This document shows positions 18,365 to 27,887 of a stretch of DNA of 31,455 nucleotides, in pieces. The notes below the pieces were generated by a model. That model worked only from the letters and a program-made list of their open reading frames with translations, did not search any database and was not told the origin of the DNA. The DNA lies in NCBI GenBank assembly GCA_947311175.1, contig CAMZKK010000104.1, forward strand, positions 1-31,455, given 5' to 3'. Both the position numbers and the translations under genes were made by a program. Origin of the DNA: an uncultured Planctomycetota bacterium. GTDB taxonomy: Bacteria > Planctomycetota > SZUA-567 > JAFGNG01. Numbering within the stretch: position 1 is the stretch's first letter; each line of letters begins with the position of its first letter.

Positions 18365-19444
18365 TTAAGCAGCTATTACTTCTTGGTCTGCGTTACGGCT
18401 AAGTTTTTTTGCATTGTCTTCTTCTTCTCTAGGAAATACACATACTGCTAAAACGCTATCTTGCTCGGTAATATCAAAATATGTCAGAAAAAAATCGACA
18501 TCATTATCCACAGACAAGGATAGTCTTTTCTTTGCTTTTACAATAAAATTCTTTGCCCATTCAGTGTAATTTTCATCGAGGATTCCCCCAAGAACATAAC
18601 CATCCGTTACTTCTGATAGAGTCTTGCTCCATTTTGGAAGTGAGTCGGTAATTTGGATTTGTCTTATTCCTTCTCCTGCAATACAGAGATTTCTTAGACT
18701 ATAAGGAAGAGATGAGGCAAGTCGTTGCCATAAGTCAACATCTTCATCAATAGTTAGTAATGGTTCACCGGTTTTAAAAAGGTGAATATAGCAATTTGGA
18801 CTTTCATCACAACTGCCAATCAGCCAGTTGCTACCGTAAAACCAGTTATTCATAAATATTCCCCATCCGAGTTTATCAAACACATGGCGAGGAAGATGGA
18901 GTGCAAGAAATTCTTTTTCCTGTTCAGAGATATCAAGTGTCTTGCCAATCAATTTATTAACTAAACTTGCAAGGAAGCAAAAGATTAATAAAAAAATGGG
19001 AGGGGTAATTCCAAGAAAAAGAAAGGCATTTTTCATAGTTAAACCGTAATTCATTCCACTAATGAAAAAAGCGATAATACCACTAATTACGGCAATAACT
19101 CCGGTCGCAACATATATATTTCTTGGTTGAAAGTATTTATATGCCATATTATCACAGATGTGATTTAAAAGTCTTTTCATTTCTGTGGAGGCAGAGATAT
19201 TTTTTCTTATATTGTGATAATTTTCTTTTTTGTTTGCAGGCTCTATTCTTTTTGAAAACAAGCCTTTAACTTGATCGGCTCTCCGCCAGGTTATTCCATC
19301 TGAGGAAACTGCACCATCATTCGGCAAAACGCCATTTTTGACCATTGCCCTCAGTGAATCAGAGTCATAAGGTCCTAAAACTCCCATCCCGGTTCTAACA
19401 TATAACTTATTTGTTGTTTGCTCTTGTAAAGCGTGTGCTCCCAT
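18365..19444 (-). CDS. GYF_2 (DUF4339-like) domain membrane protein
   Basis: GVLGPYDSDSLRAMVKNGVL...SSDGITWRRADQVKGLF, then two TM segments and an unknown C-terminal domain; start placed at ATG 19444 because GAGGA lies upstream. Confidence 0.75.
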   Translation of the reverse strand: MGAHALQEQTTNKLYVRTGMGVLGPYDSDSLRAMVKNGVLPNDGAVSSDGITWRRADQVKGLFSKRIEPANKKENYHNIRKNISASTEMKRLLNHICDNMAYKYFQPRNIYVATGVIAVISGIIAFFISGMNYGLTMKNAFLFLGITPPIFLLIFCFLASLVNKLIGKTLDISEQEKEFLALHLPRHVFDKLGWGIFMNNWFYGSNWLIGSCDESPNCYIHLFKTGEPLLTIDEDVDLWQRLASSLPYSLRNLCIAGEGIRQIQITDSLPKWSKTLSEVTDGYVLGGILDENYTEWAKNFIVKAKKRLSLSVDNDVDFFLTYFDITEQDSVLAVCVFPREEEDNAKKLSRNADQEVIAA

Positions 19445-19487
19445 AATTTTCAATTCCTCAAAAAACAAAATTTTTTCTCTATATAAA

Positions 19488-19519
19488 TATTATCGGTCAT
19501 TGATGAGGATAAAATTCAG
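19488..19519 (-). promoter_or_regulatory. Repeated upstream element copy 2 (CTGA-N-ACCGATAA, sigma28-like -10)
   Basis: Same 14-bp core as 13445-13458, about 45 bp upstream of the GYF_2 gene start. Confidence 0.5.
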
Positions 19520-19636
19520 CTAAATTTTGAATGGTTGAAGAATTTTGAATTTAGTTTTTGATAAATCTAAATTTCACAGTTGATACGGAATTTAGGCTAA
19601 ATGCAACATTGGAGTATGGTTTATCGGGGTGTAATT

Positions 19637-20017
19637 CTACGAATTGGTGTCATTTCCATTATTTTGTTGTTTTTCTTTTTCATCGATTTTTTTACCGGAA
19701 ATAAAGGCATCTATAGTGCTGATAATCCAACAAGCAGTGATAATTGTTATAACTATGGTGTAGATTGGTTTTCCTGCTCCCTGCGAGGCATTCGTGATAG
19801 CTGCAGTTATAGCAGATTCTGTCATTTCAATTTCACCGGAAACGATTTTATCAACAATTAAGGTCGCTTGCTTGGTTGCTTCAACCATGATATAGGAGAG
19901 ACAAATGAGAGTGGTAGAAATAAACAAAATACCCTTCTTGTAATTTTTTAAAATAATTTGTCCAACTCCAGGCATTACTAATCCGGAAAAAAGGGCTGCC
20001 TTTAAAGATTTTTTCAT
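19637..20017 (-). CDS. Small membrane protein (LxSGLxxPGxGQ family)
   Basis: AALFSGLVMPGVGQIILKNYKKGILFI plus a second TM helix; AAAGGA RBS. Confidence 0.75.
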   Translation of the reverse strand: MKKSLKAALFSGLVMPGVGQIILKNYKKGILFISTTLICLSYIMVEATKQATLIVDKIVSGEIEMTESAITAAITNASQGAGKPIYTIVITIITACWIISTIDAFISGKKIDEKEKQQNNGNDTNS

Positions 20018-20110
20018 TAGAATTCCTTTCTTAGATTAATAAAATTTAATCCTCATATTATACAGCTTATTTTTTATTTTAAGCAAGATTTATTTTATTA
20101 GGAGAAAATA

Positions 20111-21001
20111 ATGGCAGAAGCAACGACTGAGCAGGCAAAATCATTTGTTTTAGATATCACCAACCCTAAAGTCATTGATCAAAATGTAGAAGCACTTAAA
20201 GAAATCATCAAGCAAGTTACCGCATTTGGTGTTAAGTATGGATTTCAAATTCTTGGTGCCTTAATTATAATGATTATTGGTTACCTATTGTCACGATGGG
20301 TGCAAAGAGCTGCATTTAGGATGTTAGAGAAAAAAGAGATTGATATTACCGCTAGAACTTTTTCGAGTAGTGTCGTTAAATTGATTGTTTTATTTATTTC
20401 TATGATTATTGCTTTAGGGACCTTAGGGGTATCAATTTCACCAATGATTGCTGCTCTCGGTGCTGCTACTTTTGGAATTACTTTAGCGTTGCAAGGTCCA
20501 ATTTCAAATTATGGTGCAGGGCTAATGATTATTTTAACCCATCCATTTAGGGTTAATGATACGATTGAAATTCAAGGGATTTCCGGAGTAGTAGCAGATA
20601 TAAAACTTGCGGTAACAATTCTTGAAAATGGTGATGGCGAAAGAATTACCATTCCTAATAGTCAAGTTGTTGGTCAGGTGATTGTTAATTCAAAAACCAC
20701 CAAGATTGCGGTGGCAACTATTGGAGTTGCTTATACCGATGATATTGAAAAAGCCGTTTCAATTATTAAAGATGTCCTTGATGGGATTGAAGATGTATCA
20801 ACAGGCGAGACCAATCAAGTTGGAATTTATGAATTTGGCGATTCTTCAATAAATATTCAAGCGAGATACTGGGTGCCAACGAGAAAATATTATTCTTTGC
20901 TTCATGAGGTTAATCTTAAAATTTTTAAGGCATTAATCGCAGCAGGTATTTCAATTCCGTTTCCACAACGAGAGGTTAGATTATTAAATAGTGAAAATTA
21001 A
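20111..21001 (+). CDS. mscS: Small-conductance mechanosensitive channel MscS family
   Basis: LGAATFGITLALQGPISNYGAG, PFRVNDTI, ITIPNS, IGVAY, ISIPFPQREV. Confidence 0.93.
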   Translation: MAEATTEQAKSFVLDITNPKVIDQNVEALKEIIKQVTAFGVKYGFQILGALIIMIIGYLLSRWVQRAAFRMLEKKEIDITARTFSSSVVKLIVLFISMIIALGTLGVSISPMIAALGAATFGITLALQGPISNYGAGLMIILTHPFRVNDTIEIQGISGVVADIKLAVTILENGDGERITIPNSQVVGQVIVNSKTTKIAVATIGVAYTDDIEKAVSIIKDVLDGIEDVSTGETNQVGIYEFGDSSINIQARYWVPTRKYYSLLHEVNLKIFKALIAAGISIPFPQREVRLLNSEN

Positions 21002-21623
21002 AGAAATTCTCAAACAAGAAAATATCTATTTAGAAAATGGAAAACCAATCCTTTGGTTTTGGGAAGCTGATAGTCCGGCAATAATAATGGGAACGAGTGG
21101 CAAGGAAAATGTTGAAGCAAATATAAATATTTGCAGGAATGACGGAATAGAGATACACAAACGCCGCAGTGGTGGAGGGACGGTTGTTGTTGGCAAAGGT
21201 GTTTTATGTTTCGGAGTAGTTATGAAAAAAGGGTGGAACAAGGTTTCTCCAAGTTCCCTTGCAAAGAAAATCTTAACCCCTATTAGCAATGCTTTGAGCA
21301 CCTCAGAGTTTACCATTACCATTAAAGGCATGGGAGATTTAACCTATGGCAATTATAAAATATGTGGAACGGCTCAAAGGTGGCTCAAAACTTCAGTAAT
21401 GCTTCATGGCTCTATTTTGGTTGATTTTGATTTGATACTAATTGATAAATATCTTAAACATCCTCCACTTGAGCCGGATTATAGAAAGGGCAGAAGGCAT
21501 AAAGATTTCTGTAAAAATTTATCAGAGATAAATACTTCCATCACAACAGTTACAGCTGCATCAAAACTTATTGCAGATGCATTTGACTTACCGACTATTT
21601 GGCTGAATGAAAGTTTATTATAA
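20991..21623 (+). CDS. Lipoate-protein ligase A family (catalytic domain only)
   Basis: RRSGGGTVV, GDL, KICGTAQ, LHGSIL; GTG start overlapping the end of mscS. Confidence 0.85.
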   Translation: MKIKEILKQENIYLENGKPILWFWEADSPAIIMGTSGKENVEANINICRNDGIEIHKRRSGGGTVVVGKGVLCFGVVMKKGWNKVSPSSLAKKILTPISNALSTSEFTITIKGMGDLTYGNYKICGTAQRWLKTSVMLHGSILVDFDLILIDKYLKHPPLEPDYRKGRRHKDFCKNLSEINTSITTVTAASKLIADAFDLPTIWLNESLL

Positions 21624-21670
21624 ATTTATGCCTAAATTCTATGGTTGGAATTTTGGTTAAACTTGATTTT

Positions 21671-22981
21671 CTATTTATTGATTTGATTTTCGCCAATAAT
21701 GAGAGTTAATTTATTCCAAGCATTTTTATATAGATAGATTGAGCGATAAAAATTTCTTTGAGCAATGCCAAGAGTTTGACGGGCAGTAAGGACATCAAGG
21801 TGAGTGCTTACTCCTTGCCTTTCTCTCGCAATTGTTAGGCGAAGGCTTTCGGTAGCTTGTTCAACATTTCTTTGCTGTGCCTTTAGCTTTGTAGCTGCAC
21901 TGTTAATATCCAAAATAGTATTTTTTATTTCTAACTTTATTTCTTCTTTTAGCTCAGAATGTAAATAGGTCAATTTTTCTTTACCGGCTTTTAATTCTTT
22001 TATTTTTCCACGATGAAGTAATCCGTCAAAAATATTTAGGCTTAAGGTCAGTCCTACTTCCCATGATTTGTCATATTTATTTGTGCTACGGTCAAAACTG
22101 TCAGTTGTCCCTGAAAACGAACCGGATGCAGACAAATGGGGAAGGAGTTCTGCCTTGGTTTCAGAAATTTTTTCTTGTTGAATCTTAATGTTATAATTAC
22201 TTTTTCTAAGCTCTGGACGATAAGACAATGCCTTTTGATATAGCTCTTCAATCTTTGGGGTTGTTCTTTCTATAAAAGCAAGTTTTTCAGTAAGTATTAG
22301 TTTGCTATTGGCAGGAAGTCCAAGCATTCTTGAAAATGAATTTTTAGCCTTTCCAAGTTCACTTTCAGCCTCTGTGAGGGCTGTTGATTCATTGGTGCTT
22401 TCCACCTCAGCCCGAAGGACATCGTAGTTGGTGGCAGTTTCTAAGTTTTTTCTTTTTTTTACATCGTCTAAATATTTATTTGATAATTCAACTTGTTTTA
22501 ATGCGACTTTTACCATTTCTTTGTTTAAAAGAATTCGATAATAATTTTCACGAATAAGAAAACGTATTTGTTGTTCTTGTTGCCGAATATTTTCTGTCGC
22601 TACTTTGCGACTATATTTTGCTTCTCTAATTGTTGCAATATTTTTTCCGCCATTATAGATGGACTGATTAACAGTTATTGAACTAGAATAGAGTTCGTTC
22701 CATTTATCACGACTACTTCCAGCTCTCTTTTCTAAATAAGTATCTGAATAAGTCTTATTAAATGACCCCGATATTTTTGGTAGAACACCACTGTAGGCAG
22801 ACATAATCTTTCCTGCTGTCACGTCTTTACCCATCTCTGCCGCTTTGAGTGCATACGAATAATTTAATGCCATGGTTTCGCTTTGTTTTAGGCTAAGTTT
22901 ATAGGTAGGAACATTGTCTTCTGCAAATAAGGGCAGACTGAATGCTATTATTAATAAAAAGAAATAAAATGGGCGCATCAA
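21671..22981 (-). CDS. TolC family outer membrane efflux protein
   Basis: Signal peptide; duplicated OEP repeats (YSGVLPKIS / AELLPHLS, SIYNGG / NIFDG, DVLRAEV / DVLTAR). Confidence 0.9.
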   Translation of the reverse strand: MMRPFYFFLLIIAFSLPLFAEDNVPTYKLSLKQSETMALNYSYALKAAEMGKDVTAGKIMSAYSGVLPKISGSFNKTYSDTYLEKRAGSSRDKWNELYSSSITVNQSIYNGGKNIATIREAKYSRKVATENIRQQEQQIRFLIRENYYRILLNKEMVKVALKQVELSNKYLDDVKKRKNLETATNYDVLRAEVESTNESTALTEAESELGKAKNSFSRMLGLPANSKLILTEKLAFIERTTPKIEELYQKALSYRPELRKSNYNIKIQQEKISETKAELLPHLSASGSFSGTTDSFDRSTNKYDKSWEVGLTLSLNIFDGLLHRGKIKELKAGKEKLTYLHSELKEEIKLEIKNTILDINSAATKLKAQQRNVEQATESLRLTIARERQGVSTHLDVLTARQTLGIAQRNFYRSIYLYKNAWNKLTLIIGENQINK

Positions 22982-23101
22982 AATGTATTCCTATTAAAAA
23001 AATTGTCGAGACTAAACGATAATACAATAAATAAAATCTTAACAATCAAAAAGTAGATTACTTATCAATTTTATTTAAAAATATAGAAAAATCTAAAAAA
23101 A

Positions 23102-23130
23102 AGTATAATTCCTTGACACCACCTTGTCAA
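23102..23130 (-). promoter_or_regulatory. Near-consensus sigma70 promoter for the TolC gene; -35 lies within a TTGACA-N6-TGTCAA palindrome
   Basis: Minus strand reads TTGACA (23130-23125), 17 nt, TATACT (23107-23102). Confidence 0.7.
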
Positions 23131-23182
23131 AGTGTAATTTTAAAAGTATTGCTTTGCTTAGATACTTGTTTGAGGTAGTTTT

Positions 23183-23500
23183 GTGAATACAAAAGAAGTT
23201 GAATTTATGATTGAACATAATTCACAAAATGAATCAGCAACGCTCTATGTCGATGGTTTCGTTGATGCAGAAACTGCTGCGGATTTTGATAAACAGCTCA
23301 CTTCTCTTCGAATAAAACAGATTAAACTTTTAATTTTAGATTTTTCAAAACTAATTCACTTCTCAAGTCAAGGAATAACCTTTCTTGTTCAAAATACAAT
23401 TGCTTTCAAAAAAAATGGCGGAGAAATCAAAATTGTCGGTCTTAATGATAATGTTAAAGCAATTTTTGATGAATTATGCTTATCAAAGTTTTTCCTCTAA
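23183..23500 (+). CDS. STAS domain protein (anti-sigma factor antagonist)
   Basis: LYVDGFVDAETA, LILDFSKLIHFSSQG (phospho-Ser motif), IKIVGLNDNVKAIF; GAGGT RBS before the GTG. Confidence 0.88.
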   Translation: MNTKEVEFMIEHNSQNESATLYVDGFVDAETAADFDKQLTSLRIKQIKLLILDFSKLIHFSSQGITFLVQNTIAFKKNGGEIKIVGLNDNVKAIFDELCLSKFFL

Positions 23501-23560
23501 AAATCTTAAAATATGTGATAAACACGTGAAATAGCCTTTACCCATTACTTGTTTAAATAA

Positions 23561-23605
23561 AGATAAGTGAGATGTAAAGAACCTTTGTATCTCACTTGTT
23601 TTATA
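23561..23605 (+). terminator. Long hairpin (about 19-20 bp with G-U pairs) after the STAS gene
   Basis: AAGTGAGATGTAAAG-AAC-CTTTGTATCTCACTT followed by a T-rich tail. Confidence 0.6.
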
Positions 23606-23670
23606 TTGACAGTAATTGCGTTCTGAGATTAAATAAGATTAAAATTTAAGTTATGAAAGGATTTTTACTG

Positions 23671-24800
23671 ATGAGAGAAGAACCTACTATGGATGAGTTG
23701 TTGCAAATCCATGAAAAAGGAAAATTAGAAGTTACCGCTACCACAAAATTAGAAACTATTGACGACCTAAGAAAAGTTTATACTCCTGGGGTTGCAAAGG
23801 TATGCCTACATATTGAAAAACATCCTGAACAATACCGAGATTACACAATGGCTGGCAATACAGTTGCTATTGTTACTAATGGCACCGCAGTTCTCGGTCT
23901 TGGTGATATTGGGGCAAAGGCAGGAATGCCGGTGATGGAGGGCAAGGCAGTAATTTTAAAAAATATGAGTGGAGTTGATGCATTTCCAATATTGATTGAA
24001 AGCCATGATCCAAAAGTAATTATTGAAACTGTAAAAAACATTCATCATGGTTTTGGGCAATTATGCTTGAAGATATTTCGGCACCAGATTGTTTTGAGAT
24101 TGAAGATACTCTTCGTGCAGAATTGGATATTCCGGTTTTTCACGACGACCAGCATGGTACCGCGGTTGTGGTTCTTGCGACATTATTTCACGGGCTTGAA
24201 CAAGAAAACAAAAAACCGGAAGAGATGAAAGTCGTTATCAGCGGAGCCGGTGCTGCCGGGATTGCCATTACCAAGATGTTACAAAAAAATGGGTTTAACA
24301 ATATTATCCTTTGCGATAGAAATGGTTCACTGTATTCAGAGCGAAGTGAAAATATGAATAAAGCCAAATTAGAAATTGCAAAACTAACAAATCCTGATAA
24401 TAAAAAAGGAACTCTTGCCGAGTGTCTTGACGGTGCAAATATTTTTATTGGTGTTTCTTCTAAAGGACTTGTTAGCAAGGAGATGGTAAAATCAATGGCA
24501 GAGCGACCCTTGATTTTGGCAATGGCAAACCCTGATGCAGAGATTACAATTGAAGATGCTTTAGAAGCAGGAGCTGCCCTTGCAGGCGATGGCAAAACTA
24601 TAAACAACGCCCTTGGTTTCCCGGGAATTTTTAAAGGAACATTAATGGCGCGAGCAAACAGTATTACCGATGAAATGCTTTCTGCAGCTGCAAAAAAACT
24701 TGCAGAGCTTTCACCAAAAGGAGCAATCTTGCCTGATTTTATGGATAACAATATTCATCAACAAGTAGCCGAAGCAGTAGCAAATGCTGCTAATAATTAA
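23671..24800 (+). pseudogene. NAD(P)-dependent malic enzyme, frameshifted as sequenced (one G missing at 24055-24057, probably a sequencing error)
   Basis: [25 protein letters not shown] in ORF 1; LEDISAP, FHDDQHGT, SGAGAAG, AMANP, NNALGFPGIF in ORF 2; adding one G restores GFGAIMLED. Confidence 0.88.
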
Positions 24801-24830
24801 TCAATTAATCAATAAAACAAGGAAACAATA

Positions 24831-25937
24831 ATGGATGATATCAATGATAGTCAACCTGAGGTTGAAGAAAAATGTAGCGAGGAAAATCTTTCTTCTCCCA
24901 CCACAAATCAGTATCAACCTCTGCCGGCAAAACCAAAGCAAAAGGGAATTTTATCAATAATTTCATCAATCTTTGGTGGATTTTTGATGGCTATTGGCTT
25001 GGGAGTAGTTGGTTGTTTTTTGCTACTTTGTTTACTTGTTTATTCGGTATCTAATAATGCGACTAAATTTAAATTTCCCAAGCAAGGTAAGTTAGGTGAA
25101 GTCGTTGTAACGGCAGGCTCAAAAAATAAAATATTGGTTATCAATTTAACAGGAATCATCCTTGGTGATGGCTCTTATGTTTCAAGCGAGGGTTCAATCA
25201 AGCCGCTGATAAAACAATTTAGATATGCAGCAAAAGAGCCTTCAATCAAGGCAGTTATTTTACAGGTAAGTTCAGGGGGCGGAGGATTAACTGCCAGTGA
25301 TATCCTTTACAATGAAGTAAAGCATCTCCAAAAAAGCGGGAAAAAAGTTACTGTTTCAATTGGAGCAATGGCTGCAAGTGGTGCGTATTATACTATTGCT
25401 CCAGCAGATTATATTGTAATTAGCCCAACCGGAATGGCTGGTTCATTTGGGGTAATTATGAATCGTATGAATTTTAAAGAGCTGATGAAAAAAGTTGGGA
25501 TTGCTGCTGAACCAATCAAAAGCACCACGATGAAAGATATGGGCAGTCCATTTCGCGATTTGACAGAAGAGGAAAAGGCATACTTCCAAAAGATAATCAA
25601 AACCTATCATCAACGATTTGTAAACATTATTTCTAAAGGTAGAAAGATTCCTGAATTGCGGGTAAAAGAACTTGCCAATGGTAAACTTTATACTGCGGAA
25701 GAATCTGTAGCATATAATCTTGTTGACAGTATTGGTTATTTTGACACTGCTTTAGAGCAGGCAAAAAAAATAGCAAAATTAAAAAATCCAACAATCATTA
25801 CTTATAATGAAAAATATCCTTGGATGAAATTATTAAATTTTAAAACCAGTAGTGCGATTGATGAAAAAAAATTAGCCGGTGCAATTTTTAAACAATTGAT
25901 CAAGTATTCCAATAAAGTAGAGATTGATGCCAAATAA
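24831..25937 (+). CDS. sppA: Signal peptide peptidase SppA (S49), 36K type
   Basis: N-terminal TM, VILQVSSGGGG, AASGAYY, GSFGV, MKDMGSPFR, LANGKLYTAEES, LVDSIG. Confidence 0.9.
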   Translation: MDDINDSQPEVEEKCSEENLSSPTTNQYQPLPAKPKQKGILSIISSIFGGFLMAIGLGVVGCFLLLCLLVYSVSNNATKFKFPKQGKLGEVVVTAGSKNKILVINLTGIILGDGSYVSSEGSIKPLIKQFRYAAKEPSIKAVILQVSSGGGGLTASDILYNEVKHLQKSGKKVTVSIGAMAASGAYYTIAPADYIVISPTGMAGSFGVIMNRMNFKELMKKVGIAAEPIKSTTMKDMGSPFRDLTEEEKAYFQKIIKTYHQRFVNIISKGRKIPELRVKELANGKLYTAEESVAYNLVDSIGYFDTALEQAKKIAKLKNPTIITYNEKYPWMKLLNFKTSSAIDEKKLAGAIFKQLIKYSNKVEIDAK

Positions 25938-26161
25938 TTTAAAATGTTTAGTTGGAGTTTAGGGATAAGTTAGTTTTATCATTTTTGAGGATTGTTGTCT
26001 TGTGTTCCGCCAGAATTAACATAACCGCGGGACATACAAAGTTTTTTTGTTCCCTTGTTAGGGATTTTATTTATTGCTATGCCGTTACCTTTAATTACTT
26101 CAATACTACTTGTAATCTCAAATTACATGGAAGTTGTTAAGGGACTGTTCTTTGTGATTTG

Positions 26162-26912
26162 TTAATGAGGGTTTTTAAATTGTATTTTTTTAAGAATTCC
26201 ATCATTGTTTAATTTAGTCAAAGCAATTTTTGTTTTTTCAATCAATGCTGGAGATGTGTTTTTTGCAAATGCGACAAAGTGTTGATAATTCAAAAATACC
26301 TTTGGTAAGATTTTAATTTTATCGTTAAGGTTTTGATGCTCGATTAGATTGAATAATCCAAGATTATGATAAAAGATAAATCGGCCACGATGTGCCAGTA
26401 ACTTTTTAATGGCAATTGAAGGAGTTGCTGCACCGTCATCAATAATTAAATTCCCCTGCCGTTTTAAAAACTTGTTAGCTGCTGTTCCAGAAACTGTTAA
26501 AATCACCCCATTTTTATCTAATGCCCGAATACCGTCAAACGAAGTAATGTTTATATTATCGTGTTTTCTAACGGCAACGACATACTCCACCTGATAAAGA
26601 GGAATGTCTAAAAATTTCATATTCTTTAATCTGCTTTTATTCTTTTTTAACCCAAAAAAACACATCTAATTTTCCATTGATGAGATAAAATTGTAGTCTT
26701 TTAAAAGGTAAAAACTCTTGATATCCATTGACCTTAATGGTTGGGTCAACATTTTCAATGGCATGAATAATATCAACACAAATTCCTGCAGTTTTGCCAT
26801 CTTTATTTTTATAGTATTTGGGAAAAGAATATTGAGCCGCGGTTTTTAATTCTTCCGCATTTGCGAATATAGACAATCCAAAGATTAATAAACAAACCCT
26901 TAATACATTCAT
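26162..26912 (-). pseudogene. Periplasmic substrate-binding protein (family 3-like), frameshifted as sequenced (extra T in a T7 run at 26654-26660)
   Basis: Signal peptide, FPKYY...GICVDII...PFKR...GKLDV in ORF 1; FGLKKNKSR...LAHRGRFIF...HFVAFAK in ORF 2; ATG at 26912 with GGAGG RBS, overlapping the upstream TGA. Confidence 0.8.
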
Positions 26913-27880
26913 TTCTCCTCCTTCATTAATGGATAAACTATTGTGCCGGCAATTGTTACTTGCCAAATATGATAAAATATATTTGGCAATAGTGCAACAC
27001 CTAATAATTCAGGTTTGTCTGCAAAGAAAGTAGTTATGAGAGGGATTCCAATTGCCAAGGTTTTTTGAGAAGCTGGAAATATGGCAGCTATTTTATCACC
27101 CTGAGAAAATTTAAAAATCACAGTTCCTCCATAAATGATGCCAAGTAAAACAAGGTGAGAAATTGCTAAATACGCAATTCCAATTGGCAAGTCATTTAAA
27201 CTGCTTCGCAATAATGAATTTTGAGCAGCTTTGCTAAAAGCAAAATAAACGATAAATAAAATTAAAATCGTTGAGATATTTGACAACATCTTTTTGTTGC
27301 TATTAACAAAATCCGCAACTCTATTATGTAGCAACTGTCCAATGATAAAAGGCACAAGAACCTTATAGCTAAGGCCAAGGATTATTTTAACAACTCTTTC
27401 AATTGGGATTGAATTACCGCTACCATTCAACAATAAGGTCAACAAGATTGGAGAAAGCAAAACACCAACAAAATTGGCGAAAACTGCATTAAAGATGGTA
27501 GCTGCAAAATTACCACCAGTTAATTGTGAAAAAACAATACAACTCGAAATTGTAGTTGGCAAAACACCAAGTGCATAAATACCAACTCTAAAGTTTTCGG
27601 GGATGTGGTTTGCAATCAAATTTGAGGTAAAGAAAAAGTATAGAGGTGTAAAAATAAAAATAAAAAATTGAACAAAGATATGAACCTTGATTTGTTTTAA
27701 TCCATCTACCATTTTTTCAACCGGTAATGAAATGCCGGTAATAAGAAACATTAAAATTATTATAATGGTTGATGAGACCCCATTAAAGCTTAGCATTACC
27801 CCAAAGTTTGGTGATAAACTTGCAACAGTAATCGCTAATATTAGGCCGACCAAAAACCATTGTTTTTTTAAAAATCTCAT
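26909..27880 (-). CDS. Bile acid:sodium symporter-like (SBF_like) membrane transporter
   Basis: QWFLVGL, MFLITGISL, LPTTISSCIVFSQLTGGN, ANFVGVLLSP, SQKTLAIGIP. Confidence 0.9.
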   Translation of the reverse strand: MRFLKKQWFLVGLILAITVASLSPNFGVMLSFNGVSSTIIIILMFLITGISLPVEKMVDGLKQIKVHIFVQFFIFIFTPLYFFFTSNLIANHIPENFRVGIYALGVLPTTISSCIVFSQLTGGNFAATIFNAVFANFVGVLLSPILLTLLLNGSGNSIPIERVVKIILGLSYKVLVPFIIGQLLHNRVADFVNSNKKMLSNISTILILFIVYFAFSKAAQNSLLRSSLNDLPIGIAYLAISHLVLLGIIYGGTVIFKFSQGDKIAAIFPASQKTLAIGIPLITTFFADKPELLGVALLPNIFYHIWQVTIAGTIVYPLMKEEK

Positions 27881-27887
27881 CAGTCAA

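Noticed and set aside
21671-22981. TolC as part of a local type I secretion system for the beta-helix proteins
   Set aside because: No ABC or MFP partner in the window, and the beta-helix proteins have Sec-type signal peptides.
23653-24228. ORF 23653-24228 and ORF 24063-24800 as two separate genes
   Set aside because: They are the two halves of one malic enzyme, joined by a single-base indel.
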